Assembly (NCBI GenBank): GCA_046566765.1
Contig: JBKHWA010000044.1
Location: 471-64,470, forward strand
From: Gammaproteobacteria bacterium
Lineage (GTDB): Bacteria > Pseudomonadota > Gammaproteobacteria > Pseudomonadales > JADFDG01
Length of the DNA stretch: 64,000 nt
Direction: 5' to 3'
Of this stretch, positions 18,539-27,706 are shown piece after piece; positions within the stretch are counted from its first letter, which is position 1; each line of letters starts with the position of its first letter. The position numbers and the translations under genes are program-made. The notes beneath the pieces are model-generated. The model made no database searches. It worked only from the letters and a program-made list of their open reading frames with translations, and was not told the origin of the DNA.

Positions 18539-19072
18539 ATGAAGAACCCCGCTCCGCACATCGCCAGTTTCATCTTCCTCAGCCGCTGGCTGCAGGCGCC
18601 GCTGTATCTCGGGCTGATCGTTGCCCAGGGCGTGTACGTCATCAAGTTCGGCGAGGAGCTGTGGCACCTGGTGCACGGTTTCCCGACGCTGTCGCACACC
18701 GACATCCTGCTGATCGTGCTCGGCCTGATCGACGTGGTGATGATCGCCAACCTGCTGATCATGGTGATCCTCGGCGGCTACGAGATCTTCGTCTCCAAGC
18801 TGCGCATCGACGAGCACCCGGACCAGCCCGACTGGCTGAGCCACGTCGACGCCGGCATGCTGAAGGTGAAACTGGCGATGAGCCTGATCGGCATTTCCTC
18901 GATCCACCTGCTGCGCTCGTTCATCGACGCCGGCAACCTCAGCGAGCACCAGCTGAAGTGGGAAGTGATCATCCACTGCGTACTGGTCGGCTCGGCAGTG
19001 TTCCTCGCAGTCACCGACCGCCTGATGATGTCCATCCCGTCAGTGCACGCGGCTGCCGGCGACAAGCACTGA
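18539..19072 (+). CDS. YqhA family (UPF0114) inner-membrane protein
   Basis: 177 aa. FIFLSRWLQAPLYLGLIVAQGVYVIKFGEELWHL closely resembles the E. coli YqhA N-terminus as I recall it. 3-4 TM helices. Confidence 0.8.
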   Translation: MKNPAPHIASFIFLSRWLQAPLYLGLIVAQGVYVIKFGEELWHLVHGFPTLSHTDILLIVLGLIDVVMIANLLIMVILGGYEIFVSKLRIDEHPDQPDWLSHVDAGMLKVKLAMSLIGISSIHLLRSFIDAGNLSEHQLKWEVIIHCVLVGSAVFLAVTDRLMMSIPSVHAAAGDKH

Positions 19073-19097
19073 TCCCGCCGGCCGCAACCGCCTGCCC

Positions 19098-20216
19098 ATG
19101 AGCGCGCGTCCCGACGCCGTCGACTTCCGCGCGCTGTTCCTCGCCGGCGCGCCGCTGCTGGACGTGCGCGCGCCGGTGGAATTCGCCGAGGGCAGTTTCC
19201 CCGGCGCCGAGAACATCCCGCTGCTCACCGACGACGAGCGCGCACAGGTCGGCACCACCTACAAGCGCAGCGGCCAGCAGGCGGCGATCGAGCTCGGCCA
19301 CCGGCTGGTCAATGGCGCGGTGAAACGGGAGCGCATCGCCCGCTGGCGCGATTTTGCGCAACGCCATCCCGACGGCTACCTCTACTGCTTCCGCGGCGGC
19401 CTGCGCTCGCAGACCGTGCGCCAGTGGCTGCACGAGGCCGGCGTCGACTACCCGCTGGTGGTCGGCGGCTACAAGGCGCTGCGCCGGTTCCTGCTCGACG
19501 AAACGGAGCGGATGGCGGCGTCGCTGCCGCTGGCGATCGTCGGTGGCCGCACCGGCAGCGGCAAGACGCGGGTGATCCATGCCATCCGCAAGCCGGCGGT
19601 GGACCTGGAAGGACTGGCCAACCACCGCGGCTCCAGCTTCGGCCGGCTGCCGGGTGGCCAGCCGACGCAGATCGACTTCGAGAACGCGCTGGCGATCGCG
19701 CTGTTGCGCGCCGAGGCGGAACTGCAGCGCGCCGGGGGCACCGCCGCGCCACTGTGGCTGGAGGACGAGTCGCGACTGATCGGCCGCTGCGCGATCCCGC
19801 TCAACATCCGCCCGCGGATGGAAGCGGCGCCGCTGGTGCTGGTGGAAGAACCGCTGGAATCGCGGGTGCAGGTGGCACTCGAGGACTACGTGCTCGACAG
19901 CGCGACGCTGTACCTGAAATTGCACGGCGAGGACGGTTTCGAACTGTACGCCGGCGCGCTGCGCAGCAGCCTGGACCGCGTGCAGAAGCGCCTCGGCGGG
20001 CTGATGCACCGCAAGGCCGCCGACATCATGAACGCCGCGCTGGCCGAGCAACGCGCCGGCCGCGGCATCGAGGCGCACCGCGGCTGGATCGCGCTGCTGC
20101 TCACGCACTACTACGACCCGATGTACGACTGGCAACTCACGCAGAAACGCGGCGAGTTACTGTTCCGCGGCAACCGCAACGAGGTGATCGACTGGATCGA
20201 CAACCGCGCCGGCTGA
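19098..20216 (+). CDS. selU: tRNA 2-selenouridine/geranyl-2-thiouridine synthase
   Basis: 372 aa. N-terminal rhodanese domain with active Cys (LYCFRGGLRSQ). P-loop GGRTGSGKT. Typical length and order for SelU/MnmH/YbbB. Confidence 0.9.
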   Translation: MSARPDAVDFRALFLAGAPLLDVRAPVEFAEGSFPGAENIPLLTDDERAQVGTTYKRSGQQAAIELGHRLVNGAVKRERIARWRDFAQRHPDGYLYCFRGGLRSQTVRQWLHEAGVDYPLVVGGYKALRRFLLDETERMAASLPLAIVGGRTGSGKTRVIHAIRKPAVDLEGLANHRGSSFGRLPGGQPTQIDFENALAIALLRAEAELQRAGGTAAPLWLEDESRLIGRCAIPLNIRPRMEAAPLVLVEEPLESRVQVALEDYVLDSATLYLKLHGEDGFELYAGALRSSLDRVQKRLGGLMHRKAADIMNAALAEQRAGRGIEAHRGWIALLLTHYYDPMYDWQLTQKRGELLFRGNRNEVIDWIDNRAG

Positions 20217-20317
20217 ACTGATCGAATCGCGGGGCAATCGCCCCGGATCGCGACGCGCCATTGAACCGCGTCGCGCGACAACCCGAAGCATCACTCCCTA
20301 TTGAACGGAGCCTGAGC

Positions 20318-21184
20318 ATGAAAACCACCGCCCGCCTCGCGGCGGCACTCGCCGCGTTCCTGCTTGCCACCGCCGCCGTCGCCGGCCCGGTGTTCACCTT
20401 CACCGCCATCCCCGACCAGGACGAGAACCGGCTGAACGAACGTTTTGGCCAGGTTGCCGCCTACCTGTCGAAGGAACTGGGCATCGAGACGAAATACGTG
20501 CCGGTGAAGTCGTACCCGGCCGCGGTCACCGCCTTCCGCAACAACGAGGTGCAGCTGGCCTGGTTCGGCGGCTTCACCGGCGTGCAGGCGCGCCGCGCGG
20601 TACCGGGTTCGCAGGCGATTGCCCAGGGTGTCGAGGACACCGCGTTCCATACCTACTTCATCGCCCACGCGGGCACCGGCCTGAAGCCGGGCAAGAATTT
20701 CCCGAAGGAAATCGCCGGCAAGTCGTTCACCTTCGGCTCCAAGGCGTCCACCAGCGGCCGGCTGATGCCGGAATACTTCATCCGCCAGCACACGAAGAAA
20801 ACGCCGGACGAACTGTTCTCCCGCGTCGGCTTCAGCGGCGACCACAGCAAGACGCTGGAACTGGTGCAGTCGGGTGCGTATGAAATCGGCGCGATGGACT
20901 ACAGCGTGTGGCAAAGCGAGGAGCGCGCCGGAAGGATCGACCCGGCGAAAGTCGTCGTGATCTGGAAGACGCCGGCGTTCCAGGATTACCAGTGGACGGT
21001 GCGCGGCGATGCCGATGCCACCTTCGGCAAGGGCTTCACCAGAAAACTGCAGAACGCGCTGATTGCCATCAAGGACCCGGTGCTGCTCGGCCACTTCTCG
21101 CGCAGCGGGTTCATCAAGGCCGACAACAAGGACTACGCGCCGGTGGAAGCCACCGCCAAGGCCATCGGCCTGCTGGACGACTGA
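20318..21184 (+). CDS. PhnD-type periplasmic substrate-binding protein of an ABC transporter (putative selenate/phosphonate-type oxyanion)
   Basis: ORF 20261..21184 trimmed to MKTTARLAAALAAF (ATG 20318, signal peptide). FTFTAIPDQDENRLNERF...AWFGGFTGVQA is typical of the PhnD family. Confidence 0.85.
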   Translation: MKTTARLAAALAAFLLATAAVAGPVFTFTAIPDQDENRLNERFGQVAAYLSKELGIETKYVPVKSYPAAVTAFRNNEVQLAWFGGFTGVQARRAVPGSQAIAQGVEDTAFHTYFIAHAGTGLKPGKNFPKEIAGKSFTFGSKASTSGRLMPEYFIRQHTKKTPDELFSRVGFSGDHSKTLELVQSGAYEIGAMDYSVWQSEERAGRIDPAKVVVIWKTPAFQDYQWTVRGDADATFGKGFTRKLQNALIAIKDPVLLGHFSRSGFIKADNKDYAPVEATAKAIGLLDD

Positions 21185-21843
21185 TGTTCAGCCTCGACAA
21201 CGCCACGGTGAGTTACGGCGGCAAGGCCGTGCTCACCGGGGTCACGCTGGCGATCGCGCGTGGTGAAAAAGTCGCGCTGGTCGGCGAAAGCGGTGCCGGC
21301 AAGTCAACGCTGCTGCGGCTGCTGCGCGCGCAGCAACCGGCAGACGTTGCCTGGTGCCCGCAGGCGCAGGCCGGCGGGCTGGTGCCGCTGCTGAGCGTGT
21401 TCCACAACATCTACATGGGGCAGCTGGATCGCCACTCGACGTTCTACAACCTGCTCAACCTGCTGGCACCGCGCGCGCAGGAAGTGCAGGCGGTGGATGC
21501 AGTGGCGACCCCGCTCGGGCTGGCCGACAAGCTGTTCACCTCGGTGGATCGCCTGTCCGGCGGCCAGCAGCAGCGGGTGGCCGTCGGCCGCGCGCTGTTC
21601 GCCGGCAAGCCGGCCTTCCTCGGCGACGAGCCGGTGTCGGCGGTGGACGAGTACCAGGCGCGCGACATCGTGCGGCTGGTCACGTCCTCGCACCGCACGG
21701 TGGTGCTGGCGCTGCACGATATCGAGCTGGCGCTGGCGTCGTGCGACCGCATCGTCGGCCTGAAGGACGGCGTCATCGCACTGGACGCCGCGGCGGCCTC
21801 GTTGACGCCTGCCGACCTCGCGCCGCTCTACCGTCGCGCATGA
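21184..21843 (+). CDS. ABC transporter ATP-binding protein
   Basis: MFSLDNATVSYGG starts at ATG 21184, overlapping the upstream TGA (TGATG). Walker A GESGAGKST, signature LSGGQQQR, Walker B FLGDEPVSAVD. Confidence 0.85.
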   Translation: MFSLDNATVSYGGKAVLTGVTLAIARGEKVALVGESGAGKSTLLRLLRAQQPADVAWCPQAQAGGLVPLLSVFHNIYMGQLDRHSTFYNLLNLLAPRAQEVQAVDAVATPLGLADKLFTSVDRLSGGQQQRVAVGRALFAGKPAFLGDEPVSAVDEYQARDIVRLVTSSHRTVVLALHDIELALASCDRIVGLKDGVIALDAAAASLTPADLAPLYRRA

Positions 21844-23345
21844 GCACGCGCACGATCGACACCGGCGCGGCACCGTTGCGTCGCCTCAGCTTCTGGCTGG
21901 CGATCGTCGCGCTGGCGCTGCTGCCGCTGTCCGACCTGGCAATCACGGTGGTCGATCCGTGGGACGTGCTCGCGCGCATGCTGCACGGCGCGGTGACACC
22001 CTCGTTCGCCAACGTCGACAGCCTGTGGCAGGCATTGTTCGCCACCCTCGCCTTCGGCCTGCAGGGCGTGGCGCTGGGCGCGGTCGCCGGCTTCCTGCTG
22101 TCGTTCGCCATGCACTGGCGCCCGGTGCGGGTGTTCGCCGCGTTCATCCGCGCCATCCACGAACTGTTCTGGGCGCTGATCTTCCTGCAACTGTTCGGCC
22201 TGACGCCGCTCACCGGCCTGCTGGCCATCGCGATCCCGTACGCCGGCACCTTCGCCCGCGTGTACCGCGAGTTGATGGACGAGACCGATCCGCATGCCGC
22301 CGACGCGCTGCCGGCCGGCACGCCCCGACTGTCGGCACTGGCCTACACCCGGCTGGCCAACGCCTGGCCACACCTCGTTGCCTACACCTCGTACCGCACC
22401 GAGTGCGCGTTGCGCTCGTCGGCGGTGCTCGGTTTCATCGGCCTGCCGACGCTCGGCTTCCACCTCGAATCGGCGTTCCGCACCGGCGACTACAGCGGTG
22501 CGGCGGCGCTGCTGTACCTGTTCTTCGCGGTGATCGCCAGCCTGCGCTGGTGGCTGCGCAAACCGTTGCTGCCGGCCTACCTGCTCGCCGCGGTGATTTA
22601 CCTGCCGCCGGTGGCGCGCATTGACGGCGCGGCGATTTACCGCTTCCTCACCGAGGACATCGTGCCGGCGCCGCTGCGCAACGGCGACCTGGCGCTCACC
22701 GAAACCTGGCAGCGCTTCGGCGACTGGCTGTGGAGGCTGGTGGAGACGCAGGTGCTGCCCGGCACCGTCGATACGCTGCTGATCGGCGGCGTCTCGCTGG
22801 TGGTCACCGGCATCGCCGCGCTGGCGCTGTTCCCGCTGGTATCGCCGCTGTTCCTGGCGAAACCGGCGCGCGCCGGCGGGCATGCGCTGCTGATCGCACT
22901 GCGGTCGACGCCGGAATACGTGCTGGCCTTCATCGGCCTGTTGCTGGTCGGGCCGTCGGCGCTGCCGGGCATCTTCGCGCTCAGCCTGCACAACGGCGCG
23001 ATCATCGCCCACCTGATGGGCCGCTGGACCGCCGCGCTCACCCTGCGCGAGGACGCGCCGCGCGGGATGAACCGCTATTTCTTCGAAGTGCTGCCGCGCA
23101 TCTACCGGCAGTTCCTCGCGTTCCTGTTCTACCGCTGGGAAATCATCATGCGCGAGACCGCGATCCTCGGCATCCTCGGCGTCACCACGCTCGGTTTCTA
23201 CATCGACAGCGCGTTTGCCGAGTTGCGCTTCGACCGCGCGCTGCTGCTGATCCTCGCCGCTGCGCTGCTCAACATCGCCGCCGACCAGCTGTCGCTGCAC
23301 CTGCGCGAGCGGATGCGGCTGAAGGCAACGCCGGAGACGCTCTGA
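21840..23345 (+). CDS. ABC transporter permease (duplicated PhnE-like)
   Basis: MSTRTIDTGAAPL starts at ATG 21840, overlapping the ATPase stop (ATGA). About 500 aa with two repeated 6-TM-like halves. Confidence 0.8.
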   Translation: MSTRTIDTGAAPLRRLSFWLAIVALALLPLSDLAITVVDPWDVLARMLHGAVTPSFANVDSLWQALFATLAFGLQGVALGAVAGFLLSFAMHWRPVRVFAAFIRAIHELFWALIFLQLFGLTPLTGLLAIAIPYAGTFARVYRELMDETDPHAADALPAGTPRLSALAYTRLANAWPHLVAYTSYRTECALRSSAVLGFIGLPTLGFHLESAFRTGDYSGAAALLYLFFAVIASLRWWLRKPLLPAYLLAAVIYLPPVARIDGAAIYRFLTEDIVPAPLRNGDLALTETWQRFGDWLWRLVETQVLPGTVDTLLIGGVSLVVTGIAALALFPLVSPLFLAKPARAGGHALLIALRSTPEYVLAFIGLLLVGPSALPGIFALSLHNGAIIAHLMGRWTAALTLREDAPRGMNRYFFEVLPRIYRQFLAFLFYRWEIIMRETAILGILGVTTLGFYIDSAFAELRFDRALLLILAAALLNIAADQLSLHLRERMRLKATPETL

Positions 23346-23411
23346 CCGGTGGCCGGGCCTTTCCCGGCCCCGGCCGCCGCCCCTATAGTCGGCGCCAGCA
23401 AAGGAAACCGC

Positions 23412-25658
23412 ATGGATCACGCGATGCGTCGACTCACCCTGGCCTGCCTGCTGGGCAGCCTGCTGCTCGCCCTGCCGGCCCTGGCCGCCGGACCCGCCAA
23501 CCGCAACCTCGCCATCACCGCCACCCAGCCGCAGCAGATGAAAAGCGAGCAGCGGCTGGCGCTGGTGATCGGCAACGGCAACTACGCGAAGGGCTCGCTC
23601 GGCCAGAACCCGCTCAACGATGCGAAGGACATGGGCGCCGCGCTGGAACGCATGGGCTTCCAGGTGATCCTGCTCACCGACGCCGGCAAGTCGCAGATGA
23701 AGGAAGCGGTGTACCGCTTCGGCGAGCAACTGAAGAACGGCGGCGTCGGCCTCTTTTTCTACGCCGGCCACGGCGTGCAGATCCGCGACCAGAACTACCT
23801 GCTGCCGGTGGACGCCCGCATCCGCAACGAGTCGGAAGTGGAAGACGAGAGCATCGGTCTCAACCGCGTGATGCAGGCCATGGACAACGCCCGCAACCGG
23901 CTGAACATCGTGCTGCTCGACGCCTGCCGCGACAACCCGTTCACGATGCAGGGCTCGTTCCGCAGCACCCGCGCCGGTTTTTCCAAGGTGGAAGTCGGCG
24001 ATTCCGCCACCGGCATGGTGATCGCCTTCGCCACCGCGCCGGGAAAGACCGCGGCCAACGGCAACAGCCGCAACGGCCTGTGGACCTCGGCGCTGCTCAA
24101 TGCCATGAACGGCAACGACACCCGCATCGAGAGCGTGCTGAAGGCGGCGCGCGGCACGGTGCGACAGAAATCCGGCGGCGCCCAGGTTCCCTGGGACGCG
24201 TCGTCGCTGGAGGGCGACTTCTGGTTCAACCGCGCGCAGATCCAGGGCGCGGCCACCGCCGGCAGCGCCACGGCCGCGGGCACCCCGGCGCCGGTGCCGC
24301 GCGGCACGCTGCAGTCGATCGAGTTGCCCAGCGGGCTGACCCTGGCGGACTGGGTGGGCATGAACCGCGATGCGACCTCGGCGACCGTGATCGAGGAAGC
24401 GCTGGGCTACCTGGACAAGTACGGCGCGTTTCCCGAACTGGTGGCGATCGCCGCCCGCGGCGTCGGCAGCAACCTGAAGTCGCTGCCGCTGCGCGGCGCC
24501 GGCGACGCCCGCGCGCTGGTCGACAAGTCGCGGCCGGCGCTGCGGCGGCCGGCGCTGGCCCCGGACGCGGCGAGGATCGTCACCGACCGCCTGCTGCTGC
24601 TGGCCACGCCGGAACGCGAGGCATTGGCCACCGCCGCCGTGTTGCGCGACTGGCGCCAGGCCGCCGCCGCGCAACTGGACGACAGGCAGCGGCTGGCGCT
24701 GCTGCGGCGGGAAGCGATGGTCTGCCACGGCGGCGCGCAATTCGACTGCGCGGCCAGCGCCTACAAGGCGTGGCTGAAGGAAGCCGGCGCCAGCCATCCC
24801 GAGCGCCCGCAGGTTGCGCAGGACCTGCTCAGGGCCAACCAGCACGAAGTCATGATCGGCGGCGTGGTTGCCGGCGCTTCCTTCAGCGACTGCGCCGGTT
24901 GCCCGGAACTGGTGGCGGTGCCGGCCGGCCGGTTCACGATGGGCGTACCGCCACCGGCGATCCCGCGCTCGAAACTGCGCGAATCGAAGTTCCGCGAAAG
25001 CCCGGCGCGCGAAGTCACGATCGCGGCATTCGCCATCGGCCGTTTCGAGGTCACCTTCGCGCAATGGGACGAGTGCGTGGCCGGCGGCGGCTGCAACGGC
25101 CACACGCCCTACGATTCCGGCTGGGGCCGCGGCAACCGCCCGGTAGTCGACATCAGCTGGGACGAGGCCCGGCAATACCTGCAGTGGCTGTCGAAAAAAT
25201 CCGGCAAGCGGTATCGGCTGCCGAGCGAGGCGGAGTGGGAATATGCGGCGCGCGCCGGCACCACCACCCGCTTCCACACCGGCGACTGCATCACCACCGC
25301 GCAGGCCAACTTCGACGATCGCAACACGCAGGCGATACCGGTGCCGGGCTGCCCGCGTTCCGGCATGGCGCGCGGCCAGACCAGCCCGGTGGGCAGCTTC
25401 GCCGCCAACGCCTTCGGCCTGCATGACATGCATGGCAACGTCGAGGAATGGGTGCAGGACTGCCGGCACATCGACTACCAGGGCGCGCCGCTCGACGGCA
25501 GCGCACGGGAAGACAACGACTGCTTCCGCCGCATGGTCCGCGGCGGCTCCTGGGACCAGGGCTCCCAGGCCTTGCGATCGCAGGACCGCAGCATCGACCT
25601 GCCGTCGAATACCCGCGCGCCGACCCTCGGCTTCCGCGTCGCCCGCGATCTCGAGTGA
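23412..25658 (+). CDS. secreted caspase-like (peptidase C14) protease fused to a C-terminal FGE/SUMF1-type domain
   Basis: ORF 23349..25658, start at ATG 23412 (or 23424). Signal peptide LLLALPALAAGPA. C14 dyad contexts FFYAGHGVQ and NIVLLDACRDNPF. C-terminal FGE-sulfatase fold motifs (RLPSEAEWEYAARAG, GLHDMHGNVEEWV, RGGSW, LGFRVARD). Confidence 0.85.
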   Translation: MDHAMRRLTLACLLGSLLLALPALAAGPANRNLAITATQPQQMKSEQRLALVIGNGNYAKGSLGQNPLNDAKDMGAALERMGFQVILLTDAGKSQMKEAVYRFGEQLKNGGVGLFFYAGHGVQIRDQNYLLPVDARIRNESEVEDESIGLNRVMQAMDNARNRLNIVLLDACRDNPFTMQGSFRSTRAGFSKVEVGDSATGMVIAFATAPGKTAANGNSRNGLWTSALLNAMNGNDTRIESVLKAARGTVRQKSGGAQVPWDASSLEGDFWFNRAQIQGAATAGSATAAGTPAPVPRGTLQSIELPSGLTLADWVGMNRDATSATVIEEALGYLDKYGAFPELVAIAARGVGSNLKSLPLRGAGDARALVDKSRPALRRPALAPDAARIVTDRLLLLATPEREALATAAVLRDWRQAAAAQLDDRQRLALLRREAMVCHGGAQFDCAASAYKAWLKEAGASHPERPQVAQDLLRANQHEVMIGGVVAGASFSDCAGCPELVAVPAGRFTMGVPPPAIPRSKLRESKFRESPAREVTIAAFAIGRFEVTFAQWDECVAGGGCNGHTPYDSGWGRGNRPVVDISWDEARQYLQWLSKKSGKRYRLPSEAEWEYAARAGTTTRFHTGDCITTAQANFDDRNTQAIPVPGCPRSGMARGQTSPVGSFAANAFGLHDMHGNVEEWVQDCRHIDYQGAPLDGSAREDNDCFRRMVRGGSWDQGSQALRSQDRSIDLPSNTRAPTLGFRVARDLE

Positions 25659-25659
25659 T

Positions 25660-25685
25660 TACCGGCCGGGCTGCCGCCCGGCCGG
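25660..25685. terminator. GC-rich hairpin between convergent genes (terminator-like, no U-tract)
   Basis: Sequence is accggccggg-ctgccg-cccggccggt, a 10-bp perfect stem between the stops at 25658 (+) and 25694 (-). Confidence 0.4.
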
Positions 25686-25693
25686 TTGGTGCT

Positions 25694-26290
25694 TCACGCG
25701 ATCCGGCAATCCTCGTCGAACGCCGGCCGCGGGCCGCGCGGGTGCACCTTCGGCGGCTCCGCCGCGTAGCCGATATTGATCAGCAGGTTGGATTTCACCG
25801 CGGTGCCGGCGAAAAACGCCGCGTCCACCTTTGCGTTGTCGAATCCCGACATCGGGCCGCAGGCCAGGCCCAGCGCGCGCGCGGCCAGCAGCAGGTAACC
25901 GGCCTGCAGGTTGCCGTTGCGGATGGCGGTGGTCTCCGCCAGCTTTTCGTTGCCGGCAAACAGGTCGCGCGCGCCGGCAAACGACGGGAACAACCGCGGC
26001 ATGCGCTCGTAGAAGGCGAAATCGGTGGCGACGATGATGGTCGCCGGCGCCGCCATCGTTTTCGCGAGGTTGCCCTCGGACAAAGCCGGCCGGAGTTTCT
26101 CCTTCGCTTCCGCCGATTTCACGAACACCAGCCGCATCGGCAGGCAGTTCATGCTGGTCGGGCCCCATTTCGCCAGGTCCCACAGCGCGTGCAGTTGCTC
26201 GTCGGCAACCGGGCGATCAAGAAAACCGTTGTGGGTACGCGCGTCGGTGAAGAGCTGGCGCAGCGCTTGTTCGTTCAGCGGGTTATTCAT
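25694..26290 (-). CDS. RutE-like nitroreductase family protein (malonic semialdehyde reductase-like)
   Basis: ORF 25694..26344 trimmed to [23 protein letters not shown] (ATG at 26290). Collinear with E. coli RutE as I recall it (..[11 protein letters not shown].., ..[10 protein letters not shown]..). Confidence 0.85.
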   Translation of the reverse strand: MNNPLNEQALRQLFTDARTHNGFLDRPVADEQLHALWDLAKWGPTSMNCLPMRLVFVKSAEAKEKLRPALSEGNLAKTMAAPATIIVATDFAFYERMPRLFPSFAGARDLFAGNEKLAETTAIRNGNLQAGYLLLAARALGLACGPMSGFDNAKVDAAFFAGTAVKSNLLINIGYAAEPPKVHPRGPRPAFDEDCRIA

Positions 26291-26355
26291 CGGGTACAGC
26301 TCCGGGATTCGTGCAAAAAAGGCGCCCCCGGCAGGCGGGGGCACCCGGCATCACA

Positions 26356-26757
26356 TCACTGCTTCTTCAGCTTCGCGTCGAGGCTCCAGGCGCCGGCGCC
26401 GTGCGCGGCGAGGATCAGGAAGCCGCCGCCGAGCGCGAGGTTCTTCATGAACATGATCTGCTGCGCGGCATCGGCCGGGTTGTGGAACAGCCAGCCGGAG
26501 AGGATCGAGAAGCCGGCCAGCGCGATCGCCACCGGGCGGGTGAACAGGCCGAGCACGATGGCAAGGCCGCCGCCCAGTTCGGTGAGGATCACCAGCGGCA
26601 GCAGCGAGCCGGGCACACCCATCGCTTCCATGTAGCCGGCAGTGCCCTCGTAACCGCCGATCTTGCCGTAGCCGGCGATCACGAAGATCAGCGCGATCAG
26701 GATGCGGCCGGCGAGGTCGAGCGGTGCCGCGAATTGCTTGAAGAGATTGTCGATCAT
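26356..26757 (-). CDS. DoxX family membrane protein
   Basis: ORF 26356..26847 trimmed to MIDNLFKQFAAPLDLAGRILIALIFVIAGYGKI (ATG at 26757). 4 TM helices and the DoxX hallmark N-terminus. Confidence 0.85.
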   Translation of the reverse strand: MIDNLFKQFAAPLDLAGRILIALIFVIAGYGKIGGYEGTAGYMEAMGVPGSLLPLVILTELGGGLAIVLGLFTRPVAIALAGFSILSGWLFHNPADAAQQIMFMKNLALGGGFLILAAHGAGAWSLDAKLKKQ

Positions 26758-26866
26758 GGTGGTTCTCCTGGTTACGTGGTGTGGATACTGCGGTGGAGCG
26801 TGGTGGTGACACTGGCGTTGATGCGGTGCGGCGGGCCTTGCGGCCACGCTGCGCTGATACCCGGCC

Positions 26867-27574
26867 TCAGTTCCCCCCGGTCACCGGCGGCAGGTCGAAA
26901 AAGAGCGCTTCGCTGTCTGCACCGGCAGCAAGCGCCGGTTGTTGCTCGCCATGCAACGCGATGCCGTCGCCGGCGGCCAGCGCATGCCCGTCCAGCGACA
27001 GCCGGCCGCGCAGCGCGTGCAGGTAACCGATGCGCGTCGCCGCCAGCGGCAATGCCAGCGCTTCGCCGGCTGCCAGTTGCACGCGGTACACCCGCGCGTT
27101 CTGCCGCACCGTCAGCGAGCCTTCGGCACCGTCCGGAGACACCACCAGTTGCAAACCGGGTACGCGCGGAAACCGCTTCTGCTCGTAACCCGGCTCGCCG
27201 CCGAGCCGGTCCGGCTGGATCCAGATCTGCAGGAACTTCAGCGGCGAATCCGGCGACGCGTTGAACTCGCTGTGACGGATACCCTTGCCGGCGTGCATCA
27301 GCTGGAACTCGCCGGCCGGCACTTCCTCGCGGCCACCGGTGGAATCCCGGTGCGCGATCACGCCCTCGGTGACGTAGGTGAGGATCTCCATGTCGCGGTG
27401 ACCGTGGGTGTCGAAGCCGGCGCCCGGGCGCACGGTGTCGTCGTTGATCACCCGCAGCGCCGACACGCCGAGGTAGCGCGGGTCGAAGTATTCGCCGAAC
27501 GAGAAGGTATGCCGGCTGTCCAGCCAGGCCAGGCGGGTCTGGCCCCGGTCTTCCGCCGCGCGCAACTGGTACAT
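26867..27574 (-). CDS. pirin family protein (YhhW-like bicupin)
   Basis: C-terminal 235 codons of ORF 26867..28057, starting at MYQLRAAEDRGQTRLAWLDSRHTFSFGEYFDP (ATG at 27574). Metal site HGHRDMEILTYV...H.E. Confidence 0.9.
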   Translation of the reverse strand: MYQLRAAEDRGQTRLAWLDSRHTFSFGEYFDPRYLGVSALRVINDDTVRPGAGFDTHGHRDMEILTYVTEGVIAHRDSTGGREEVPAGEFQLMHAGKGIRHSEFNASPDSPLKFLQIWIQPDRLGGEPGYEQKRFPRVPGLQLVVSPDGAEGSLTVRQNARVYRVQLAAGEALALPLAATRIGYLHALRGRLSLDGHALAAGDGIALHGEQQPALAAGADSEALFFDLPPVTGGN

Positions 27575-27669
27575 GGCCTCATGTCTCCTGGGGTCAATCG
27601 CCCCGCCTGAACACGCAGGAACGATAGGCTCTGGACGAGAGCGCGGAAATCGATGATTTTCGGGGATCT

Positions 27670-27688
27670 CGTTCAATCGGATCGAACG
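27670..27688. promoter_or_regulatory. candidate LysR-type box (CGTTC-N9-GAACG, contains T-N11-A)
   Basis: Perfect 5-bp arms cgttc/gaacg with a 9-nt spacer, in the pirin-LysR divergent region 19 nt before the LysR ATG. Confidence 0.3.
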
Positions 27689-27706
27689 ACCATCCCGGAG
27701 CGCCCG

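Noticed and set aside
16358-18976. The 872-aa ORF, considered as one giant gene.
   Set aside because: Only the last 187 codons (from the Tat-signal Met at 16921) look like a real DUF882 protein. The remainder is antisense to the well-supported lipoprotein and YqhA genes.
20217-20317. A riboswitch or attenuator between selU and the ABC binding-protein gene, suggested by two GC hairpins.
   Set aside because: The hairpins (ggggc-aatc-gcccc and gcgacgcg-N9-cgcgtcgc) are short, lack U-tracts, and do not resemble any riboswitch consensus I know.
21828-25469. Very long ORFs on the opposite strand or in shifted frames. Examples are 1213 aa at 21828..25469 (-), 1083 aa at 34171..37422 (+), 954 aa at 48475..51339 (-), 898 aa at 22730..25426 (+), 779 aa at 60067..62406 (+) and 746 aa at 28169..30409 (-).
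   Set aside because: Their translations are dominated by Arg, Ala, Gly, Pro and His runs with no recognisable motifs. Each one mirrors a gene with clear family signatures on the other strand or frame. This is the typical stop-codon-poor artefact of very GC-rich DNA.
24850-25693. A diversity-generating retroelement (DGR) target. FGE/C-type-lectin folds are common DGR variable-protein scaffolds.
   Set aside because: No reverse transcriptase gene is present, no template-repeat copy of the C-terminal region is visible nearby, and no adenine-specific mismatch pattern can be assessed. The downstream gene is an ordinary RutE-like reductase.
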